Shown in pieces: positions 29,251 to 43,299 of a stretch of DNA of 64,000 nucleotides. Both the position numbers and the translations under genes were made by a program. The notes beneath the pieces were generated by a model. It saw only the letters and a program-made list of their open reading frames with translations, did no database searches and had not been told where the DNA came from. Location: assembly GCA_000165425.1 (NCBI GenBank), contig CT868096.1:310001-374000 (forward strand), written 5' to 3'. The stretch's first letter is position 1. Each line of letters opens with the position of its first letter. Origin of the DNA: Paramecium tetraurelia. Taxonomy: Eukaryota.

Positions 29251-32200
29251 ATGATGTATTTAGTGTTCGCAATCCTGAGCTATGTTAATTCGTAAACAAA
29301 GATAAATTTACAAGGAGCTTTGCCATTACATATGGATTGTAGTAATGTTGATGAAAGTAGCTATGTAAAGTCTTATCAATAGTTGAAAATGGATTCGTAG
29401 GATTGCAATACTTCTACGATTAACTCTCGCAATAAGGATAAATTAATAATTTAGATTAGTTGACCTTCAGCATTTGGATAATGGTTCATTCGTAGATGAA
29501 ATTAGGTGGAAGATAAATAATTTTTGCCTTTGTTGATGGTTATACAAAAAACCCAGTAGGAAATTTATTTTATATTTAGTATTTAAACTTAATGCTTTAC
29601 TATTAAATAGAGTCTGGCGATTATTACATGTATTTGGTCAATTCTAAATTTGAGCCAGAAATTTTAAAGCTAAAAATTGATTAGTAAAATTTTCCTTTTA
29701 TAAATAGAGTCAATGATCTCTACACAAGCTATTGGAATCATATATTGCTTTCAATAGATTCAAGAACTGAAAATGCGTTTATAAATCTAAAATTTTTTTC
29801 GACTTATAATTACTAACTCTCTTAAAAACTAGAAACTTTAGTTACTCAAAAGTAATGTTTTTCATAATTGAAAGGTTAATTTATCGATTTGGATCGCATT
29901 CAAGAATAACAAATGAATAACTTTATGATATGACTTCTGATTATATGGCTTGTATAGATATTGCTAATTTTGATTTAATCTATGGATGGACAACTATGGA
30001 TTCAGAAATCTATGTTGATTATGATGTCTAACTAAAATTTCTTTTAAAACCTTTTCAAGTTAACTCAATCAATGTGGAAAGCTAATTTTAAGATATCAAA
30101 TTAAGAGTAAGTCTTAATCAGGCCTCATATAGTGGACCAATTGGTTTATATGTATATAGAGACAAGCAGATAGTCTATAGCTTTGAGGAGTAGATGAGTT
30201 CGTTCACTCTAATGTTTTGGGTGTAACCAAGAAATATAGCTAAAGTTTTTCAATTTTTCTCCTTCACAGATGATTTAGTGCAAGAGACAAGTATAGGATT
30301 CGGTGTTAATTCAAATTACAAGCTTGTATAATATTAAGCCTATACAGTACAAAACCAATTAGGCAGCCTCTCAGCTAATATATGGAATCATGTGATGATA
30401 GCATTATTGGATATAAGCATAAATGAAAATTTTATTCCTTAAAACTCGAAGAAAGTAATGAGAACCTTTATTGACACTTCCCAGACTTCTTTAATTATAG
30501 TTCAGAATATCAAGGCGTATAAGCGACTCGTAATAGGCCCTGTTTTTAAAGATGCTCGAGGATATGATTTCTTGGATATTTAAGACATTAGAATATTTAA
30601 AGGTTATGGAATTTTATAATCATCTGGTGATTGCCAATACTTTGTTGGACCCTATTGTGCTTTTTGCAGAGGAGGAACTCATTACTGTAAAGAATAAGAT
30701 CCTAATGATGACGTTTTCTACTATAACTGCCCTGCTGGATATATTGAATAATCAAATACTTGTGTTTCAACAACTATACCAAATTGTTTAAGATAATAAG
30801 GTAATAATTGCAAGGCGTGTGAAAGCAATTATTGGTTGGATAATAGCACTGGAAGATGCATTTTGTCAAGCAGTTCACCTAAATCCCCTTTCTATTGTTA
30901 AGATTCATAAGCAATTTTTTGTCAAAAAACAATTTTATATTCAATATCAACATCTCAAAAATAGGAAGTAAGTAAACTATGCTAGGTAAATGTAGCATAG
31001 TATAGTTCTTCTTAGCTAACTTGTTAAGGTTGGTCAGTAGATTCATGCAATTAAGCATAATATCAAAGTTAATGCTATAATTGTGGTTATAATACTGTTT
31101 TAACTGAAAAAAAAGTATGTAGATGGCAATGTACATCAAATTATAGATTCAACAATAATAAAATTTGTTAGAAAAGTTGTAAGTCTAAATATCTTTATAA
31201 CTATTCTTGTACTTATTCTAGTCCTTATAATTATGTAACTTATTACTGCAATCCTAATTCTTATTGCTAGTCAAATGAAATAGATTTAGGATACTATTGC
31301 TTAAAACCTGAGTAACAAAGAGAAGGAAGAACTAGGGGGTGTATAATTACTGGCAGAAACCAAATGAGAGACAGCACTATTTATTGCCATAATAGTTGTA
31401 AATATTGTTTTGGGCCAGGTGATTAAAATTGCCTAGGTTGTTATTCTGATAAATTTTTTAATCCCTATTTAACAGCTTGTGTTACTAATTGTAGCAACAA
31501 AGGTCTTTTCAAATATAATAATTAGCAAACAAAAGTTTGTGAATTGGAATGCCCTACTTATCTATACATAAAAAATTATGATTGCGTGACTGATTGTGGT
31601 TTAGGATATGCTTTATACAAGAACACATGTTTACCAAATACATATTTAACAGAAAATTACCTTACTACTTCTGTGGATTCATCCTCCCAAATAATAGATG
31701 TAATGCTTGATTGCCCATAATTGTGTTAAACATGCACTAGTCCTACCATTTGTACAAGCTGTCTGAACACATATCCTATAGATTAAGGTATGTGTGTATT
31801 GTCATGCTTCCCCAAGTTCTTGTTAAGACAAGATGATGGTGTTAGTGTCTGTTTATCTAATTGTAATCCAAGTGATTTAGTTTATTAAAACGATAACTTT
31901 AATGGTTATACAATAAAATAATGTTTTCCAAAAAAATGCGGATCAATAAAGGTGAACAAGATCTATTAAACTTATTTACATCAATCTGATACTCATCGAT
32001 GTATGCAACCTTGCGATGATGGATACTATGGCCATCCTGCCACATTTGAATGTACTCCCTGTGACAGCAATTGCTTTACTTGTTAAGACTTTGCTAATTT
32101 CTGTACGTCTTGCAATTTTATGGAATTTCTATTAGATAATGTTTGTTTTAATACATGTGGTACTAAATTTTAAAATTATATAAATTGGAGATGTGAAGGA

Positions 32201-35200
32201 ACCTGCTCTACAGGATACTCTATTATTAATAAAGACTTAAGCATCTATGCTTGTGTCGAATAATGTGGACAAATTTATGCTTAATACCTCTATTCTTTTT
32301 AAGGCTAGTGTCTTGTTACCATCCCTCTAATAGGAGCATATTGTATAGGGAGCAATTGTTATGAATGCAACGAAAGTTGTAAAACCTGTTCTGGACCTAG
32401 TTAAAATGAGTGCCTATCTTGTTATTCTAAGACTTATTTATTGAATAACACCTGTGGAATCAATTGTGGGTCATAAATGTATGACATGGCTAATTGGTTA
32501 TGCGCTGATGACTGTCCATACTCCACTTTTAAAACTAATAATGGTAGCACTTATTACTGTTCATTAACTTGCCTTTACAATTAATATTAATATAAAACTA
32601 AATGTTATAATAGTTAACCTTTTGGAACCTTTTGCCAATCTAGAACAAATTATGTTTTTTGTGATGGTTGTGCTGATGTCTGTAAAACATGTACTACATC
32701 CTATTCTACCTCTTGTTCTTAATGTAATCCAGGAGCATACTTATATGGAACAACTTGTTACTCAGATTGTCCCGATGTTGCCCCTTACAAAGATACCATT
32801 TCTAATAAATGTGTCACTTCTTGTAGTAACTATCTTGAAGACGGATTTTGTGTGAACACTTGCCAACCTACTTCTTACATATATACTCAATAAATGAAAT
32901 GCTTTATTATGGGATGTCCAGAGGGAACATATCAATAAACAAACACTAATTATTGTTACGCTTGCAATACTGGTTGTTCTACATGTACAGGTGGAGGAAT
33001 CACTCAATGTCTAAGTTGTATATCAAACTATTTTTACAATAGTGATGGATCATGCTCTTCAAATTGCTTAACAAACCCATATATTATTCAAGATTGGGTT
33101 AACTCCCTTTGCGTATAATAATGTCCCTTTGGTACCTACATGCAATCGTTGTCGGGAGGAGCTCTTGCATGTAAGGATACTTGTCCACAATATTATTATT
33201 CAAACATTTGTGTACCTAATTGTCCAAACGAAACATATATGGATGGCAAATTTTGTATCAGTTGTGCTGGTCCATGTTCTGTCTGCTATGGCGCTGCTGT
33301 TAGTTAATGCTCTTAATGTGATATTGGATTCTATTTGTATGATACTACTTGTGTTGAAACTTGTCCTAATCTAAAACCCTTTGCAAATTTAGCTGATTAA
33401 ACTTGTGTTACTAATTGCCCATAATATTTATATTCACCTAAAAATCTTTGCTTTAATCCTTGTCCTGGGTTTTTATACTATTATGAATTAAACGGTAAGA
33501 AAGAATGTGTAGATTAATGCTATTCAAAATCATACTTATGGCTTGGGAAATGCTATGCATGCAATTCCATTTGCAAAGAGTGTTTTGGGCCCAATAATGG
33601 TAATTGCCTTGAATGTGAACTTCCGTATTTCTTGAATGAATAGACTTGTGGGAATACCTGCCCTCAGTTTTATGATTTAACAGATCACGTATGCAAAGAT
33701 GCATGCCCTGTTCATTTAGTAATCTAAGGAATCAATTGTTAAAATACCTGTAATTCTGGATATTTAGTGTATAATTAAGTTTGCGTAAATGCTTGTCCAA
33801 ATTTTGCATATCAAGTAGGTGATCGCTGTTATGATTGTAATTTATTTTGTAGCACTTGCTTTGGACCAACAGCTAATGAATGTTATTCTTGCATAGATAA
33901 TTATTTTTTAGATTAAAATAGTTGTAAATCAACATGCCCTTAGTTCTCAGATGTTGATGATAAGTTATGTGTATCTGATTGTAGTGGAAAATATGAACAT
34001 AAAGATAAAATGTAATGTGTTTCAACTTGTCCCACAGATTACTTGTATTGCTTATCAAAATGCGTTAAAACTTTAGATGATGGCTATTATAAAGATGGTA
34101 ATCATTGTTAATAATGTGATCCTAAATGTATAAAATGCACATCAGCAACAGTTTGTTAAGCTTGTGCTAATAATTTTTATCTAGAAGTAAATTCTTGTGT
34201 GAATTTTTGCTCTAATTAGTATTTGTTCATGGATCCCATCTCAAGATCATGTGTCACTAAATGTCCTTCTATTTTATACCATTTAGAATCATTTGGTAAA
34301 AGATTCTGTGTTTCAGAGTGCCCCTATAAACTTTATGATCAATGTGTTTTAGCTTGCCCAAGTGGAATTGTTCCCAAAAAGATACCGTTTGTACTAATTG
34401 TCCATAAATTTTGTAATGAATGCGAATCGGCTACAAAATGCTCAGTATGTTAATTATGGTTACTATTCAGAAAATGATCAATGCTAACTAAGTTGCACAA
34501 CTGGAAAGACTGATAGAAAGAATATTAAATGTGTTGATGAATGTGACCCTACTTTATTTGAATACTAAAATGAGTGTTTAGAAAATTGTCCTACTGATCC
34601 AATAGTCTATAAGAATAAATAAATCTGTGCTCTTAGTTGTCCAATATCCACATATTAAGATGCATAGGAGTGTCTAGATTGTGATTCATCATGTACATCA
34701 TGTATTGGCCCTTCATATTAAGATTGCATCACTTGTTCAAATGGATATTATCTAGATAATCAAATTTGCACTTAAACATGCTCAAATTTATATGATGAAG
34801 TTAATAAATAATGTGTACTTACTTGTCCTACTAATCTCTACTTAGATCTTGATAAATGTGTTGCTATTTGTAGTACTTTTGAGTACAATAGCATATGTGT
34901 TAATACCTGTCCACCATTAACTTACTTTTTGAATAAAAAATGCCATGATTGTTCAGAAAACTGTTAGGAATGTAATTCTTTTGGATGTACCAAATGTTCT
35001 GTTGGCACCTATTTAGATGATGGATTGTGTAATAATTATTGCCCATATTATTACAATGATGTTAATAATGAATGTGCTTAATTATGTCCTAAAGATACAT
35101 ATCTTTATATTGACCATTGTTATTCTCAATGTCCATTGAGTACTTTTTAGTATAAGAAAGATTGTCTTTTAGCTTGTCCATCTTTAACAGTCTTATAGAA

Positions 35201-38200
35201 TACTTAATGTGTATAATGTCCTGAAAGATGTTTGACTTGTAAGACTGAATATGAATGCTCTAAATGTAAAAGTCCATACTTTTTATTTAATGGCTCTTGT
35301 GTTGTGCATTGTCCATTATAATTACCATTTGAAGATATTACGAATGGCTAGTGTGTATCTGCTTGTCCACCAGAAGCTTATGAGAGAGGATATGAGTGTA
35401 TAAAAGAATGTAATTTAATCATATACTAAAAATAATGTCTTTAAGCATGTCCTACTGGATATTATGGTAATGATTATTGTAAGCCATGTCGATTAGAATG
35501 TAAAGAATGTTCAACCTTTGAGGTTTGCACTGAATGTAATGATAACTTTTTCCTTGAATACAATTAATGTGATACATAATGTACAAAAATTAAGGATTTA
35601 AAATCCAAATCATGTGTTGATACATGTAACTCATTACTATATAAAAATGTTTGTTATCAAACTTGTCCTTAAAAACACTTACGAAAATACGAATGAATGT
35701 GTATTAAGTTGTAATGATGGCTATTATGGTTCTTTAGACTATAAATGTCTAAAGTGTCCTTAATAATGTGGAACCTGTACTAGTGTATTATAATGTACTA
35801 AATGCAATATTGGATATTTTCTTTATAATAAGTAATGTTTGGACTAATGCCCAGGATCATTTTTTTCTAACCCTATACTTAATGAATGCTCAAATAAATG
35901 TCCTTAAACAACATTTATATTTTAAAAATTCATGTCTTTTTGAATGTCCATCTGAATATTTAAATGATATGGAAAATTATAAATGTGTGAAGAATTGTGG
36001 ATCATAATAATATTTAAGTAAAAAGAACTGTTTAAGTTGTGCAATAGAATGTGATTCATGTACTGGAAGAGGAAATAATAATTGTATCAAATGTGCAAGT
36101 GGATTTACATTAACTGAAGATGGAATTTGCTTAGGCAGTTGTAAAGATGGATATTATAAGTCAGATAATTCATGTCAACAATGTTTACATAAATGCTAAA
36201 CATGTGAAAATGGAACTGATTGTAATAAATGTAGAGGTACTAATCGAAACCATGAAGATTGTTCTTGTTAAAAAGGATATTATGATGATGAATATTAGGA
36301 TGATTGTAAAAGATGTCCTTGTGATGAATGTACTGCTGCTGATAATTGTCTTATATGTAAAAACAATTTATAAGTTCCAAAATGTTCTTGTGATAGAGTA
36401 CTCAATCAAGATTGGTGTATAACATGTCAAGTAGCAAAAGTCAATATCTATTACACTGATGACCTAAACGAAATAATTGTTCATTTTGGGTATTTGATTT
36501 CCATTGATTTAATCAATCCCTTTTAGCCCTCAAATTGTTCTTTGTGGTTTGATAATTCTGAAATCTTTGGTTAAAATGCTTAATGTTATTTATCTTGGAA
36601 TAGATATGCAGTTCATATAACCCTTAAGCCATATGCATCTGTTAATATTGGAGACAAGTTGAGTTTTAAAAATTCATTTTATAGAGATGTGGATCAAGGA
36701 ATTTGTGATGGTTAATTTATAGAACAATTTATTGAAAACAAAGTTAGAGAACCTAAAAGTTTGTATAAACCATACATTCTATTTGATATTCCTTCTTTCG
36801 TTAGTACTTGTAAAACAATATATATCAAATAAATTCTATTAGATGGTACTGGATAAAAAATCTAAAATGTTCTATCTTGGACACTCAAAGAAATGAAGGA
36901 TGAAGAATAGTATTTATAAATGGATGCATTTTTGGATAATAAACTAAATGAAATTACAATTCCAATTAGAACTTTATAACCAAATGTGACATATACAATC
37001 ACAGCTAAATATGTTAATTTCTTGCAAAGAGTAAATTTCACAACCTTTACATTCACCACTCTTCCAATGCAAGCTCCTTATGTATTTTTATCATATGAAC
37101 CTCTAATAGCAAGAGTTTATATATTTGATTGTCATGTCTCGTACTCAGATATGAAAAATGAATTTAATGTTGCCATTGAAATAACAGATGGTAAAAACAA
37201 AACATATATTTCGTTAACATAATAAATAAATCCAATTTATGAAATTCCACTAAATGAATCTCTACTTCCTAAAGAAACTCCTTTAAGGTTTATTGCATCT
37301 ACAGGAAGTTCAATTATAATAGAAACGATTAATCTAAAAGCAAAATCAATTGATATTAAATTTTTATAAAAAGATAGATTTATTGGTTTAGATAATCAAA
37401 TTAATGCAAGAGGGTTTGATAGAAATATATAGGATGAAGTTTTGAGCACAAAAGGAATCAATTATGAATGGCAATGTAATAACTTATTTAATTTATAACC
37501 TTGCAAAACAGATGAAAACTAAATTATGCAATTTCCTTCTCGAAGAGTTGTCAACATTTTTGCTGATAGTTAAAATACAACTTTAGTATTCTTTGCAAAA
37601 GCATATAAAGGGGATAGATGGACAGTCAAAGAATAGCTAATTGTAATCACAGATTTTAATATTGAAGAAGAATTTTATATCAATAATAAAGATCCATAAA
37701 ATTATATTAATGCAAATGATGAAGTAACGGTCTTAATAAAAAAATAATAAAAGTATGCCTTTATTATCTAAAAACACAAAATTATATAGTCCCTTAAAAT
37801 ATCAAGTTTGTCATTAAAATTTAGATTGGCTGGTTTAACTACTGATTATATAAATCCTATCTACATCTATTTGGTACCAGGTAATGAATCAATTGGTTTC
37901 AAACTGAACGATCCTCCTAAACAAGTTGATTTCCAGATAGAGCCATTGATTGGAGAATCTCTAGAGTATTTTAATTACACTCTTTAAAATCTTTAGTCTG
38001 GAAATTAAATAAGTATCTATTATTATTTTGAAAATTCTGTTCTTGAAAATGATGTAAATTCATAATCTATAATAAATGGAATACCATTAATCACAGACTC
38101 AAATGAGACTTTTGGAGAATTTTAGTTGCCAAGTGGAATCACTAATAATTCAATTTAAGTTCTATGTGAGATATCATCTTCCTATGGATCTAAATCTTAT

Positions 38201-40180
38201 TTGAAACAAGAAGTTCATGTAATAAGGAAAAATTATGAATTGCAATAATTATACCAATCGTTCACTAATAAAACAAATTTAGAAAATTTATAAAGTCTTC
38301 ATACAATGATTGCACTAATCTAGTTAGAAGAACAGTAAGTATGCTTGAAATAATGCTCAGGGGTTGGGACATGTGTAAATAAGAAATGTTAATGTCCTCC
38401 TGGTTATTACTTTGCTGATTGTAGTGGAAATTAGGAATAATAAATAAAATTCAATGATTTTATGACCAATACAATTTAATCTTTGGTAAAAATACCAATA
38501 AAATATAATGATGATATGAAATTGTTTAGTCAATCTCTCTAATTTTTAACATAATTTAGCTCTAATAATACATTAAGTTTAGAAGATTGCTCCATTGTTT
38601 TACAATAATATATAAAGAATACAAATTCTAGATTAGAATAGATAAATTAATATTCAATAAATTTGTAATATTAAGCAACCGATGATTTTAACTACTCTTA
38701 AATAGATATTCGCTCATTAGTAAATAAAAACGATTTACACACAGCTCTTAAAAGCACTGTTTTTATGTGGGAAAAGACTTTATTTACTTCAGGATCAAAT
38801 GTTTATTAATTATAAAATCATCTCAACAATTTGATAAATAACATCATTGAATTATCTATCTTCTCTTTAAGCCCTAATGATAAAATAGACTATTCAATAG
38901 ATACTGCAATAATAACTATTTAAAAATCTTAAAGCCTCCCATATAACTCGAGTAGAGTGTTAGAAGAAATCAATAGTTAGAAATCAGCAAGTTATGATAT
39001 CGTTTATGCACTTTACATTAGAAACTTTTATGCTTTTGATGGTTACTTCCCATACCCATAACAAATTTATCCATTATATGATTATTAAATCAGATAGTCA
39101 AGTCGAAAAGAAAATATAGAGTTAGATTAGCCAATCTCATATCGATTCGGAATTCACAATGATACTACTAATTTAGTTTGTTTATAAAGAAATGCTAAGA
39201 CCTATGAATGGTTTGATTAAAATTGTACCATCTCTGAAATAAATTCAACTTACTATTGTAATTGTACAACTCTCTCTCCTACAACAATTTGTAATGACTA
39301 TGATTTTCTTTATCGAGGTTCTTCAGGATTCAGGATAAATCTTCCAAACATTTTTTATATCATTTATATTGCTTAATTAATAACTTTAGGAATATTTGTG
39401 AGCAAATCAAAAACATAAAATACTGAATAATAATCAGAAAAGACAAAATTTGGCCATGTTATGAAATTAACTAGAAAAAGTAAGGTGAATATTGTTGGCA
39501 ACAAAGTTTAACAGGTTGAGCAAGAGAAGTAACCTGGATAATTAATAATATAGCCATAATTAAACAAGTAAGATTAGAAAAATGATAAATTTCATTTTAA
39601 TCATTTTTGGGTACTTAATTTATACTTATACTTAGAAATACCATTGTTTAACATAGTTGATATATAAATAGTTAACTTACATTAGTCCATTTATGAGATC
39701 ACTTATAATACTATTAAGATGGAACTCTGCAGTGATTATTGGAGAAATATTAGGTTTTTTCGAATTTGATTTCTAAGTATCTATCTGGATTATATTTGCA
39801 TCAATAATTCTAATGAGAATTAGTGAAAATTTCCTAAAAGTAAATATTATTGTAATTTTAGAAATAAGTAAAGTATTTTTTTGTCATGAAACAAATTATT
39901 CCGATGATATTAATCAAAGGTTTTATAGTATTGCTCTTGATGTTCACAATATTATTTGGAATATCTCTTTATTTAATGATAGCTAACTAAACAAATTTGG
40001 TATTTAATCTTTTATATTTAGATACTTTCTTATTTTATTGCAATATTAATTGATATCCTTCTACTTGATATCATTATCTTTAGCTCTCAAAGATTTTTAG
40101 GGGAAAATAAGAAGAAGAACATAAGAAGAACAATCAAAGAACTGAAATAAATTGCAAAAATTCAAAAGCAATTCAATTGA
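29251..40180 (+). CDS. Giant Cys-rich furin-repeat / REJ / EGF / GPS / 5-TM polycystin-1-like receptor, copy 3 (six +1 frameshifts as assembled)
   Basis: Signal peptide MMYLVFAILSYVNS. Seven introns at the same positions as copy 2 (29357-29382, 29556-29579, 29684-29707, 29852-29874, 39611-39635, 39840-39861, 40000-40021); same domain order; TGA 40178-40180. Confidence 0.85.
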
Positions 40181-41093
40181 TTTTATTATCAAAATCAAAA
40201 TTATGATTTATTTAAGTAGTATGTAGTTTAAATCTTTATGTCTATTATATATTTATGATATAACTATTAATCTATAGCTATCAATTCTATTTTTATGTTA
40301 TCAAAAATACAAGATTAACTTTGCAATAAATTCTTTAAGAATAATTTAGTCTTTTTAATATTATAAGTTAAAAGATATTACTTCACATAGTTTATTTGAT
40401 TGCTTTTCATGATTTTATTTTATTATCATAAAGTCCAGTCTTTATTTTTTGTAATTTCTATATATATAATTAGAAAAGAACTATTTAGTTACTAAATCAT
40501 AGAATATTTATTTTCTAGCCTTTTACTAAAACTTTAAATTTGAAATTAAATCTTTCTAAATAAACAAAATCTATAATTCTTCACATAAATCTTTTTTTAT
40601 AGAAATTAATTTTATACGATATTAATTTTGATTATTACTTTTACTATAGTTTGCGTATGATTTGCATTAAGAACCTTAAGACTCCAAAATTAAACAAACC
40701 AAAATAAATCAGAGTAAAAATAAGAGATTATTTAAAAGTAAAGTAAAGATTATATTTAACATCACTTCTATTCAAATGATTAAGTAGAAGATTTATCAAA
40801 GATAATCTTTAAGTAAGACCAGCAAAAATGAGACATCGAAGAAGAATATCACTTTTATAATGTGGAATAATCGTATTTAATCTTGCATATTAAGTTTATA
40901 ATTAAAAAGTAGAGTAATTAGCAGCTAGATATATGTAATAGATATGGAAGCAATTGAAAATTATTTTTTTTTAATCAAAATCTTCTTTTTAATAAATTAA
41001 TCTATTATCTAAATCTTGATTAAAAAAAAACATGGATTTCTAAAAATTAAAATATATGCTATTTAAATAACAAATTTTACTAAATATCAATAC

Positions 41094-42491
41094 TCATGGT
41101 TGATTTAATCTTGATTTTCTTTCTCTTCTTTCAGGAATTCCATTTTTTCTTGGAATCTCATCATCTTTCTATCCAAAATAATATATTTTCTCTTCATCTT
41201 ACTGGTTTTGTTCCTATTAAAAGTAAGAATTGCTATGATGCAAAAGTTGCTAAGATTATTATTTTTTATGTTAAAAGTCTCTTTTTTATAAATTTCTTTA
41301 ATTTATTGTTCTCGCGGTTTCATTCTAAAATCCTTTATTATCTTATCTATAATTGTAATAATCTTTATTTATATTATAATTCTTATTTTGATAATTAGAA
41401 TGATTTGAATTTCCATTATAATTTTTATTTTTTTAATCATGAGCGGATTATTGTCTCTTAAACTTATCTGACTCTGTATAATAGTCAATTTAATTGCGTT
41501 CATTTCTTTTATCGTAATAATTGGTCTTTTGATTTTGATAATTTTATTATTAGAATGATTATTCAATAAATGGATTTTTAATTAGATTATGGTATTTTTA
41601 ATTCTAAAACTATTAAACCCGTCTTTGATTATCTTCGTTAGACCTATTCAACATTCTTTTAGTATTGTGATCATTATTATTAAAATTATTTAAATTTGTT
41701 TCTTAATACCTATTGTAATTAGATTTAGTTGATTAATTTAAACGAATTCTAGGATCAGAATTATTAAAATTTCCATTAGAGTAATGCTAATGATAATTTT
41801 ATCTCCCGTTCGATCCAACATTTAAATAATTTTCATTATAGCCATGATTGTCTTTTGGTTTTTTATTATAAAACTTACCTTCATTTTTATTTTCTTAATA
41901 ATTTGATCTTCTAAAATTTTCACTTTAAACTCTTTATCTACTTGTATATTATTCCTCTTAATTACCAGTTTAGTAATTTCTTTTTTTAATGTAAATTTGA
42001 TGTAATTACATATTATTTTCTTAAACAAACCTTTGAAAAACTTGCTAGTGTTCTTTCAAAGTTGCTGAAGGTTAATTAAATTTATTAGTTTAATAGTAAT
42101 CATCCTATTTCTAATATGTTTAAGGGTTTTTTAAATCTTACTAAGAACTTTTTTAGTATGACTTTTAGTCCTTCGGCTATTTGATTCTTTCACTCTACAT
42201 TCCTTGCTAAGGAATGGTTTCAGGGTAATAAATATTTCTGCCAGTTTCCATAATTCTTTTATTCATGCCATACCTGGTGTATTCCCCCTAATTTACAAAT
42301 ACCCATCCAGCAGGGTGTCCATCTCTTTAATAATAGCAACCATTAAAATCTGCCCACCCTTCAGCTTTATCTAAAATATAGATTTCATTTGGATTTTACA
42401 AGTAAAACCCGTTCTTAACTTCGCTGTAATATTAAAATTTTAAAGGATTGTGTTCAGGAAATATTGGAATAAAATCCGATTATTTATTCAT
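41094..42491 (-). CDS. Hypothetical protein with small aromatic-rich N-terminal domain and long N/Q/Y-rich low-complexity tail
   Basis: Intronless span of 1,398 nt (466 codons): MNKQSDFIPIFPEHNP...GWADFNGCYYQRDGHPAGW... then N/Q/R/Y-rich, ends ...RKSRLNQP-TGA. Confidence 0.75.
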
Positions 42492-43299
42492 TAAAATTAA
42501 TAGAATAGGTTTGTAATAACATTTTTAGAAACTAGGATACCAATATACATTCTAAATTTAATGCATCAATTAATATTAAAGATGGCATTCCTTAATCTAT
42601 AAAGATGATACCATAACATGATTTTTTGATAAATTTATAATATAAAATCCAACCAAATAATCAAATCAATAAATGAGCTTTGAGCAGTTAACATATGCAA
42701 AATATATGAATCTTTAAATCGGGTAAATGACTAAAAAGGTCTATACATAAGTCTTTGAATAAGTAATCAATAAAATACAAAATAAATAATTATAATCTAC
42801 TACTATATTGGATGAATTCAAGAATATACATAAGGATTGTCTAATCTGAAAAAAGGGATATAAATTTGGAATGAAATACATTTTTAATTAAAAGCAGACA
42901 GATTAAAATAAAAATAATAGATCAATAAGCAGACTTAATTAATTTAAAATAAATAAAATAACAGTTAAAGATAAGGTGTGAATTTCCATCAATTTAGAGT
43001 ACCTCTTTCAAAAAAAACGAGATTAAGTTTTTTCAACTTGAATATTTTATCTTAAAAATGATAATATTATAAAGCATCAAATAAATAGGACTTAATAATC
43101 CATTTATTTTATTTTAAATTTGATTTTTTTTTGGTGATTTATTGTTCTATTGTAAATAAACTATTAATAATATACTTCTATAATGAAAATCTCTATAAAT
43201 AAAGTTAGAAACATTATTTGAAGATTAATTTACTTATATTTATACTAAAATACGTAAATTTGTGAAGAGTTAAGAAATATTTATATTTATAATTAATCA

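Noticed and set aside
34365..35930. Programmed +1 ribosomal frameshifting of Euplotes type
   Set aside because: TAA is a sense codon here, the sites share no consistent slippery motif, and the near-identical paralogue lacks the extra bases.
201..36422. Many 60-120 aa ORFs in the supplied track within the giant genes
   Set aside because: They are off-frame, antisense or fragments produced by treating TAA/TAG as stops.
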